From positions 86,306,001 through 86,370,000 of the forward strand of contig NW_024704743.1 of the NCBI RefSeq assembly GCF_018977255.1: a DNA stretch of 64,000 bases, read 5' to 3'. Of this stretch, positions 24,684 through 34,681 are shown piece by piece. The stretch's first letter is position 1, and every line of letters starts with the position of its first letter. This stretch comes from Callorhinchus milii. Taxonomy: Eukaryota. Below the pieces are notes generated by a model. The model saw only the letters and a program-made list of their open reading frames with translations. It had not been told where the DNA came from and searched no databases. The position numbers were made by a program, and so were the translations under genes.

Positions 24684-24920
24684 AAGGTAAAATTTCACCT
24701 GGGTCTAGATTTACTTTATTAACGTAGCAGAATAGCCAATCCAGAATTTGTCAAATCTTTAAATAATGTTTAATTTTTGCGGTTGGTTTTCTGTAAATTA
24801 TTTGAGGATTTACAGAAAACAGACTACAAAGTTAAAGCCGAATTAATTTGCCCAGTTTTGCACAATTTGATCTAAAATGTTAGTTTAATAGAATAAATCT
24901 AGTCCCGGGTGGAATTTCTA
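24684..24920. mobile_element. Palindromic MITE-like element, family B
   Basis: AAATTTCACCTGGGTCTAGATTTA...TAAATCTAGTCCCGGGTGGAATTT termini; central TTTTCTGTAAAT...ATTTACAGAAAA inverted repeat. Confidence 0.75.
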
Positions 24921-25949
24921 TCAGCTTCACACCACTAGTCTCTTAGAAGAGATGGAATACTTTGAATCAAACTGAAGATTGTATTTACTAACCTCATAAG
25001 AGAAGTTGATTTAATGGCATTTTGAAGAGTTATTTGGAAGTGTATGCAGCACCTATCATAGTTTTGTGCATGTTATTTCTCCCAAATCATATACTGATCT
25101 CCATTGATGGTAATGATCCATGAATGTGTTTAAGGAGGGTAGCAATGCCTCAAGGCAAGGAAAGAAAGTATAAGTATATGTGGTTTGGTTTTTTCATACA
25201 AATACTGAAATGCTTTTTAAAAGAATTTCAGCTGCCAATGAAAATCAAGTTTTCCGAGAGAAAATCGATATTTGTCACAATAATACAGTTCACGGTAATA
25301 TAGTTGTGGTCATTTCAATACATTATACACTGAGCTACAACAGATTCAATCTGTGTGCTATTTAATCAGCGAAAACATGTAAATAATAGCTTATAATGCT
25401 TTAAAATACCACCAGGTAACTATTATATCTAAACTGTGCTTTATTTATGACTTTTTTAAGTATTTGGCAATTTAGCTACTTTTATCTTATTGGCCAATTT
25501 GCTCTCAGACTTTTGTAATTTAAGATCAATCTGAGTGGTTATTTGTTCAATTCATCTCNTTTTTCAGGAAAACCAAAGGCTTGGCATGTAAATGACGGTG
25601 AAAGAGCATAGCATGCGAGGATCTAAAATATTATCAGCACATTGTGGCACAATATTAATTTACTATCAAGAATTAATCTCAGTAATTGTTTCAAAATTAT
25701 TATAATGTGTAAAAATGAAAGATAAAAATCGCTGGTATAAATTATACGAGAAACTGCACGCACACACTTAAAAGCTTTGTTGAGATGCCTATTTTTTTTA
25801 TAAACAAAATCTTTTGTTTGTATTCACCTCATATTTCTCCCTGTATTACTCCTTTCCTGATAATGAAAATGGCTCCTAGTGCAGAGGGATAGCAGCTCTT
25901 TTCAATCTTGCCAAATGATCTTTCTTCATATGTAATTCAATAAAGTGCT

Positions 25950-26370
25950 GTTGGGTGAGTTGCATTGTCAGAGGGATGAAATGTTAAACTGAGGTTCCAT
26001 CTGCCGTTTTGGGTGGATGTTAAAGATCCCATAGCATTATTAAAAGAGGGAGTTTCTCACAGGATCTAGTGGAAGGTGTAGTGACTGTGTATTTGTAGGT
26101 GAATTCAGCAGCTCATTTGACACAGCAATGCTCCACAAATAGACATGAAGTGAATGACTTGGGGAGATTGTTGGCTAGGATATCAGGAGAAACTCCCTTC
26201 TGTTTTTGAATCGTGCCATGGGTTTAACCGCCACTTGATCAGGCAGATGGGATCTCGGTTTAACGTCTCATCTAACGATGGCACCGCTAACACACGTTCC
26301 AGCCCTGCACCAGAGGGTCAGTCTGGACGAAGTGAGTTCAAAGTCCTGATATGGGGTTTGAATCCAAACA
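25950..26370. mobile_element. Two old Deu SINE fragments fused in opposite orientation
   Basis: Plus-strand Deu 5' part (GTGGATGTTAAAGATCCCATAGCA) runs into a minus-strand copy at about 26060. Confidence 0.65.
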
Positions 26371-27699
26371 ATATATCTTCATAACAATATTAAAAATAAA
26401 CAAGGTGGATGTCAATTTGTTACCAAGAGTAGCTTACTACAGTAATATTATGCAATGTCATTTGCTGACATAATTAAACATTTGTGAACATAAATTGCTG
26501 CTCTAAGCAGGCACTGTTGTCTGTAGTAGAGCTTCTAAAATGGGAACCACTTAAAATGTTGCCCTTCAGCTGGGGAAAGATATTGGACTTGTCTCAGAGG
26601 AGCCTGGTGACTTTTGTCAGCAGATTTAGAAGCTTTTTGAGTGTCCATGATTTTTTAAAAAATAGTAAGATATAATACATGAATCAAGAATTGTTCATGT
26701 ATAATTACTTTTCTTATCATAGAGAAATGTGGAAATAATGATTTAATATCTAAACATTGTAACTAAGAACAAATTTCCATTTCAGAACCCTTATCACAGC
26801 TGGTGACTCACACTAAAATTCTCTATTAGCCATTTATATGGTCTCTCATGATATCCTGATACCGTAAATTACTTCACAGAGATCTGTTATAAAATAGACC
26901 AGACATTTTGTCTGTAAATTGAACCCCTTTAGATACCAAGACATCCTGAATTCAGTCAACTAAGCATCAGACTTGGGACCAGAACATTCTAGGTTTTTTA
27001 AGCCTTTATCATATTGAAGTCCTGCCTCAATCCTTCCACATTGCCCTTTTTGCAAGGCTTCAGATCGCACCTGAAGACTTTCCTCTTCGACTGTGTCTAT
27101 GGCCACCTCCTCTTTCTCCCCGGCTTGCTGTCAAACTACACAAATGTTGAGCATGCTGAGATGCTACCCTGCATGAAGATCACTATATAAATGTAAATTG
27201 TTGTTGTCTTTGTTGTTCGTTTCTCTGGGATTTCCATGTGTAGCTGGGATACATTGAATCTCAGTTTGGTTTAGATACTCTTAGGATGGTGATGGGTTTC
27301 TGCATGTGTCAGACATGTGGCTGCCCCCTCTCTGTCCACCTACCCCCCAAAAAAAATGTTGTTATGAGTCTAAAGATATCCTAAAGGGAAGGTAAGCAGG
27401 CTTTAACTGTGATTGAACACTCTCAAAAAAGAAAAAGTCAAGGTACAACAATCCTAGGTACATCCTTAAACTTGCAGAGTTGAACAGCATTACTGGACAA
27501 ACATTTTGATGCTTATAGTGTTTTATAGTAATGCTATCAGGCTGGAGCAGACCAATGTTCTATTTAGCAAATCCATTAAACTTCCTGTAAGATTCATTTG
27601 ACATGTCTAATAACCTTCCTCGTATAATAACTGTCCTCATCTAATAACCATCCTCATCTACTAACGCAGAAAGTTGTTCATTTCCAAGAACTTGTCTAG

Positions 27700-27848
27700 C
27701 TCCTCATCCCCATTTTCTCCTTTGTCTTCCTTGCCCTGCCTCCCCCCTCGTTGCTAGCCCTTAAAAGCCTCTCCTCCCAACATGCCCCAGTTCTGACGAA
27801 GAGTCGTGGACCCGAAAAGTTGACTCACTTTCCTTTCTCCATAGATGC
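27700..27848 (+). mobile_element. Penelope-like terminal repeat, 5' part, with degenerate hammerhead motif (continues at 30581-30622)
   Basis: AGTT-CTGACGA-AGAGTCGTGGACCC-GAAA-AGTT-GACT then TTTCTCCATAGATGC; the expected continuation TGCTGCCTGACCTGCTGAGT lies right after the CR1 tail. Confidence 0.6.
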
Positions 27849-28745
27849 CCTGAGCCCGGGCGACTTCATCTGCAGCAAATGTCTGCAACTGAGGAAGCTC
27901 TAGCTTAGAATAGCTGAGCTGGAGTCTCAGGTGGAGACACTGCGCAGCATTATAGATGGGGAGAGCTTCCTGGACAGGTTCATCCTGGAGCCAAACACTC
28001 CTACGAGTCCCAGGAAACATTCCGTTGCCAGCCACGGACAGGACTGGGTGACGGTCAGACAGGCATGTGAGAGGACCTGAAAGTGAGGGGCAGAGGAACC
28101 CCAGGCTTTAACCTTGTCCAACAGGTATAAAATACTTGCAACCTGCGTGGACAAGGAAGTCTGTGAGGAAGATGGGCAAACTTACCCCCAACACCTCTAT
28201 ACAGAAGGCCACACTGGGAATAGTCGGAAAGAATATAGTGGTAATTGGGGATGAGACAGTCAAGAAGACTGACACACTTTTCTGCAGCCATAGCAAGGAG
28301 ACAAGAAGACTCTGTTGCCTTCCTGGGGCCAGGGTGAAGGACGTCACTTCTGGGCTGGAGAAAAATTTTAAGCAGGAGGGAGTGGATCCAATAATTATGA
28401 TTCACATAGGGACCAATGATGTAGGTAGGACAGGTAGGGACGAGTTGAGGAGCAAGTTCCGGGAATTGGGAGTTAAGCTATAGAGTAGAACTTTGAAGGT
28501 ATTAATATTGGGATTATTACCTGAGCCAGGGGCAAATTGGTACAGGTGAAAAAAAATTAAAGAACTGAATACCTGGCTAAAAGAATGGTGCAAAGGGCAG
28601 GGGTTTCGCTTTATAGGCCACTGGCACAGTATTGGGGAGAAAGGATCTATTCCAAAGGAATGGGCTCCACCTAAACAGGGCTGGGACAAATGTCCTGGCA
28701 ACACGAATAAATAGGGAGGTAGACAGGGCTTTAAACTTCTAAAGG
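27849..28745 (+). mobile_element. CR1 ORF1 pseudogene (zinc finger/leucine zipper plus SGNH-type esterase)
   Basis: PGDFICSKCLQLRKL*LRIAELESQVETLRSI; IVVIGDETVK...CCLPGARVKDV...IHIGTNDVG; contains stops and frameshifts. Confidence 0.85.
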
Positions 28746-29080
28746 GGTGGTGGGGGGGGGTAAATTCAATCACATGAAATCCGTTACAATTAAAATTAGG
28801 ACCGATGAAAGTGGGATAAAGTTTCTGCCTTTAATGGCTCATGCTCTCATTAGTGTTACAGATCTTCTCTGTTGCTGAGTTCAAATGTGCAGCACGTGGA
28901 ATAGTTACTTACTTTACAGTAAATCTAGGGAAACGCTTTGAGATCTCCTCCCTACATGAAAGGTGCTACAACAAATGCACAGATTATTTGTTATTTCATT
29001 CTAATTACATACTTTCGTGGTTTGTTTTGCTCAGTGTGTTGTCGGCATGCTGAGAAATTCAGCAGCTTCACACATTTTGT

Positions 29081-29608
29081 GGAGTCCTGTAGCTCAGTGG
29101 TTAGAGCACTCGCTTTGCAAGTGAGAGACCTGAGTTCAATTCCAGGCAGGGCGAAACCTTGGGCATTTGGATAAAGTAGACACTGAGGGTTTGTTCCCCC
29201 TGGTAGGAGAATCTATAACCAGGGGTCACAGTCTTAAAATTAAGGGTCAGCCTTTTAGAACAGAGTTGAGGAAACATTTCTTCACTCAGAAGGTAGTGAA
29301 TTTATGGAATTCACTACCCCAGAAGGCTGTAGATGCTCAGTCCTTGAACATCTTTAAGGCTGAGACTGATAGATTTTACTTACTCCACACGTCTAATAAT
29401 AATCCCTCCAAAACTAAAAACAATAATAAATTGGTCATTTTCAATCTACGACTGTTCGTGGAACATTGCTGTGCGCAATTGGCTGCCCCGTTCACCCACA
29501 AATATACAGTCAATTCACTTTACAGTGTGTTCTGTGAAGCGCTTTGGGACGTCCTCCCGACGTGAAAAGCGCTATATCAAATGCAAAGATTATTATTATT
29601 ATTATTAT
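29081..29608 (+). mobile_element. Young tRNA-Ala SINE interrupted by a CR1 fragment (29166-29378)
   Basis: Head at 29081-29165; body resumes at CTTACTCCACAC (29379). Confidence 0.95.
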
Positions 29609-30580
29609 AAATATTCCAGGGTACGTGGTGTATAGGAAAGATAGGCAATGTGGTAAACAAGGATGGGATAAAAACAGTAGAAAGGAAAGATTTTAATCAG
29701 AAAAGCAGGAAGTAGATAGGCTAGGGGAGTGTGCAAGCAGGTGGCAGATGGAGTTTAATGTGGGGAAGTGTGAAGTTATTCACCTAGGTAGCAAAAATAG
29801 AAAAACAGATTATTTTCTAGAGGGGGAGAGATTAGATAGTATTAGTGTTCAGAGGGATTTGGGCGTCCTTGTACAACAGTCTCAAAAAGTTAGTTTGCAG
29901 GTGCAGCAAGCAACTAAGAAGGCGAACGGCATGTTAGTGTTCATTGTAAAAGGTTTAGAGTACAAGAGTAGGGAAGTCTTGCTGCAACTGTATAGGGCCT
30001 TGGTGAGACCGCACCTGGAGTATTGTGTGCAGTTTTGGTCTCCTTATTTAAAAAAGGACATACTTGCCCTTGAGGGGCTGCAGCGTGGATTCACTCGGTT
30101 AGTTCCTGGGATGAGGGGACTGACCTATGAGGATAGGCTGAATAAACTAGGGCTATATTCTCTAGAGTACAGAAGAATTAGGGGAGATCTTATTGAAACA
30201 TATAAGATTCTTAAAGGGCTGGATAAATAGACACTGAGGGTCTGTTTCCCCTGGTAGGAGAATCTATAACCAGGGGTCACAGTCTTAAAATTAAGGGTCA
30301 GCCTTTTAGAAAAGAGTTGAGGAAACATTTCTTCACTCAGAAGGTAGTGAATTTATGGAATTCACTACCCCAGAAGGCTGTAGATGCTCAGTCCTTGAAC
30401 ATCTTTAAGGCTGAGACTGATAGATTTTTTAAAAATAGAGGGATTAGGGGATATGGGGATAGGGCAGGTAATTAGAGTTAGGTCAGCAGATCAGCCATGA
30501 TCTTATCGAATGGCGGGGCAGGCTCGAGGGGCCGAATGGCCTACTCCTGCTCCTAATTCTTATGTTCTTATGTTCTTATG
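29609..30580 (+). mobile_element. CR1 ORF2 remnant: short endonuclease piece joined to RT C-terminus and 3' UTR
   Basis: NIPGYVVYRKDR at about 29610; WQMEFNVGKCEVIH...LYRALVRPHLEYCVQFWSP...RGDLIETYKIL; tail (TTCTTATG)3. Confidence 0.95.
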
Positions 30581-30887
30581 CTGCCTGACCTGCTGAGTGT
30601 TCCAAGCGACTTCTGTTTTTGCTATTATAATATGTGGGAGAGTTCTTTATATATAAAGAATTTTTCCCACTTTAACTAATGTATTGTTTGTTGTGTTAAG
30701 AGAAAAACAAGGCAGCGGTTTCTTGTTTTGTAATGTTACACTGAACATAAACATCTGTACCATGAATGGGATGCATTAGTGATATATTACATTACATATT
30801 AAGGGAATCATCAAAGTGTGAGATCTCTCCCAGCATTTACTCTACATGCATTTCAGTGAACAATAATCTCTTCCTGCCTTGAAGTCA

Positions 30888-31115
30888 GGGCTGTGAATAT
30901 ATTAAGCCACATGAAACCAAGTATAAACAAGTCCAAACAAAATGTTACGATCATGGGCTTGCTTGGAACTTGATGAGAACGGACGGAGACTGTACATTGT
31001 TAAGGCTGTGAACATATGAAGCCACATGAAGCCACCCGTGAATAATTCCAAATGAAATGTTGTAATCATGGGCTTGTTTGGAACTTGATGAGACAGGATG
31101 GAGAATGTACACTGT
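30888..31115. repeat. Diverged tandem duplication, unit about 116 bp, two copies
   Basis: GGCTGTGAA.ATAT.AAGCCACATGAA...ATCATGGGCTTG.TTGGAACTTGATGAGA...TGTACA.TGT occurs twice. Confidence 0.85.
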
Positions 31116-32067
31116 GTATCCATGAAAAGCTGGCAGGACAGCAATGTGAACTGTGTTATAAACCAAGTGAATAATCTGCTTTTGTTGCGTTTTAAATAAA
31201 TAGCAGTTGTTTGTGCTACAAGTGTGGCCTGCACTCCAACTTTATTGTTCCAAGGAATCTGAACAGTATCCAAGCTTTCTGCTTCTCCTGCCTGTAGAAC
31301 TCTGCATCACAATGTACTGTCATGTTTCGTATATGCTCAAATTCAAATGCTATTTTAACCATCACTTTATGGTTGAATAAAGCATTTGGCAAGTTTGGCT
31401 GGTTCATCCAAAACATCAGAACAATGCCTTAACAATGTGCAAAAAGTCCATAACTATTTCAGACAAAATAGTTTGGAAATTAGAAATGGAAAAAATGTAT
31501 ACTTTTAAAAAAGTTATCTATTTTGCATATTAACTATTATTTTTTAATGTTTTATCCAGCTATGTTTATAGTCTATGTTGGCACTACAGAATGGTACTGG
31601 GGGGAGCTGCACTGCTGGATATGCCATCGTATAGGTAGGTCGTAAAACTGAGGTCCTGTCTGCCTGTCCAGGTGGATGTTAAAGATTCTGTGGCACTATT
31701 CGAAAAGAGAAAGGAGTTTCTCCCGATTGTTAATTCATGCTATATCCATCAGATATATTTATGTGGTGACTTTTACATTTGGGAAGATGTCTCAAAACAC
31801 TTCACAGGATATACTGTTATGTTTAGTGATTGTGTAGTTTGTAAGTAAACACCACAGCCAATTTGCACACAACAATGTCCGACAAACAGCCATGAAGTGA
31901 ATGAGTAATTTTATCTGGGATATTGTTGGCCAAGTCACGGTTTACCCCATCAACCAAAGGATAGCAACTCTGTTGTTCCTATGTCCACAACCATAGGACA
32001 TAGGAACAACAACAGCAAAATTACATTTGTATAGTGTGTTTCACATCAGGAGGCCATCCCAAGGCCT

Positions 32068-32220
32068 ATAGGAACATAGGAATAGGGCCATTCAGCCTCT
32101 CAAGCCCTTTCCGTCATTCTGTTAGATCATGGCTGATCTGTACCTCAACTCTGATGACCTGCCTTTGCTCCATATCCCTTGATGCCTTCAACTCACTAAA
32201 ATATATCCACCTCAGTCTGA
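32068..32220 (-). mobile_element. CR1 3' end fragment
   Basis: ATAGGAACATAGGAA...GGCCATTCAGCC...AGATCATGGCTGATCTG is the reverse complement of a CR1 3' UTR (compare 30485-30560). Confidence 0.75.
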
Positions 32221-33959
32221 CACAGAGTTGAGAGTGTTATGAATGGAGTCAGGCTACAAAGTAATCAAATCCTGCATGAATTCTAGTCCATTTGGATCAT
32301 CAGGAGATATCCTCCTGACATGAAAAATGCTGCATCAGATGCTAATATTATTATCATGGGAATATCATCTGTGGAATGCACATCAGGGATGTAGAATGTA
32401 AGTTGTAGTATCAAGTGAACATTTGGAAGAATTTACTCAATTTACAGTATCTATGTTTAGTTACACAGTGAGTTTTATTCAACTTCCACAGCAGATTAAA
32501 TAAAATGAGGCGAGTAAGTGCAAAGAGTGCTTGGTGTAATGGAAGAGCATTGAATGAGTGTAGATTATTTGATCCATCAAGGACATTCCTTCTACAGCAC
32601 CCATTCCATCAACCTCCACTGTGGACCGTACACAATCTTCTCAGGATGTAGAACTCTTCACAAACACTCACAAGTTCCAATGGCTATCAAATGACACTAC
32701 AGAATATTGGTTCATACTCACAACTCCATTTATCTGTAAAACATTGACATAAAAGCAATTTCCACAATTTTGTATGGCATAGTTTCTGAAAGAAGTCCTC
32801 ATATGCATGATTTGGATTGCTTAATAAGAAATCCCATTGAGAAATACTCTAAAATAGAGATTAGTCTGTATATAAAAGCATTTGCATTTGAGTTCTGGTT
32901 TGCAAGATCCCAGCTTATTCTGGTTTTGTTCCTGAGTATTGCCAGTATCCCACTAACTAAAATCCTGTGATCCATGGACCAGAAGTGCAATAATTGTCAC
33001 AAGCCATCTCCAGCCCCGCAGCGTTATGGCAGAGTTGGGGGAAGGGAGATACACTCACAGGGCATCCCATTACTCACTGACCTCATGGTCTACATTTATG
33101 AATGATGTTATAGTCAACATTTTACACCCTGCAGTTCTCATCCCAGGATTTCAAATGGTGACCTGGTCAGTCCAAGAATTCTTCACCTGAATACTTTTCT
33201 ATTTTGAGGCCTTAATAATTAAAATAACACACTAACATCAAGGATGCAACTTCATCTAACTACCTGAGCCTTTCACCAACTTCTACCAGCAGTGAAATTA
33301 TTTCTTATAAATTGAAAATAATAAAATATATGACTTCTATTTGACTGAGCAGTGTGATTTCTGCTTGGCACGGAAACCATGGATGCTCAGTAAGCCGAAT
33401 TTTTGTATTCAGCAACAATTCAATCTATTTATATTGGAAACAAACTTTCTTCAAACAATGTAGAACAACCAGACCAAAGAGTGGGAGAGTTGGCTGACAC
33501 AGATTTCTTATCTCCTATGATTTAAGATGGAACAGATTTACTTTCCTTATTTGAGCCCAAACCTTTTTTTCTCTCTCTCAACAACTCTTAAATCTTAACC
33601 CAAGTCCATCCAAAAATTCAATCTGCTGCCAAAATCTTGGGAAGATTCGTCTAAGGTCACTCTCGTAATCTTAGGCAAGTTTCAAAAAAGACTTGTTGAT
33701 TCAGATAGTTGATTCTACCCTCAAAAATCTCTTTCTTTTGACTTTTTTCTATTTTGTGGTACCTATTGCTGCTGTATCATCATTAATTCTCTGAGCTTTC
33801 ATTCTTATTTCCCCAGTTTTAAAATGCATCAGTTTGTGTGATCTGGATCCTCACTGCATCCTCAGAATTGAACTCAAAATTAATTGTGCCATCTCTTACA
33901 CTGAGTCCTTTTTTCCCAGGTTCTCAAACCTGTGGAACTTCTTACTTCCTCAGGATTCT

Positions 33960-34175
33960 GAACCTCTGGAACATTCTTCCTCTATCCTTCTGCTTTTCCC
34001 CCTCCTTCCCCAACTTCAGATCGCGCCTGAAGAATTCCTCTTTGACTGTACCTACGTTCACATCCCGCCTACAGCCAGCTCGACGTCGTGCTCCGCCACT
34101 GTCAAGCGCTCTGGGATTCTATCCTGCATGGGGGTGGGGGCTATATAAGTGTAAGTTGTTGTTTTTGTTGTTGTT
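33960..34175 (+). mobile_element. L2 3' fragment
   Basis: NLWNILP...FRSRLK motif; tail GCTATATAAGTGTAAGTTGTTG. Confidence 0.8.
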
Positions 34176-34329
34176 CCCTTCGTGCTCCAATTCTAAAAGT
34201 GCTCAAATTTCAGACTGAAGGAAGAGTGTTTCTCATTTAATTTGTGGTGTCCATCACTACTTTGGCCCTAAGCCCATGACCCTAATAATTGAAAGAATTA
34301 AAGATCATTTATTAATTTGGTTAAATATA

Positions 34330-34681
34330 AATAATATAATCCTTGCATTTGATTTAGCACCTTATTACAACATCAAGAAGTCTCAAAGCACTTCACAGGA
34401 TTTTTACTGTAGTGCAGTGCAGTGACTGTATTTGTAAACAAACATGGCAGTCTTGTTATGTACCGCAGCTATAAAGTGAATGATCAATTTGATATGGAGC
34501 ATTGTTGGACATTGGGAGAAACTCCATTCTCTTTTTGAATAGTGCTGTGGGATCTTTAATGTCCACCTGAACAAGTTATATGAGACCTCAATTTAACATC
34601 TCATCGAAAAGAATAGCACCTCTAACAATGTGACACCCCTAGCGCTGGACTGTAAGCCAAGACTATATGAGTTTAAAGTTT
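34330..34681 (-). mobile_element. Old Deu SINE interrupted by the L2; head continues at about 36741-36795
   Basis: Left GAGTTTAAAGTTT and right GTTTTGATGTGGGGTTTGAACC rejoin to the pattern seen intact at 26333-26365. Confidence 0.75.

Noticed and set aside
25559..25559. Single ambiguous base (n)
   Set aside because: Assembly ambiguity, not biology; a reminder that the rearrangement calls need read support.
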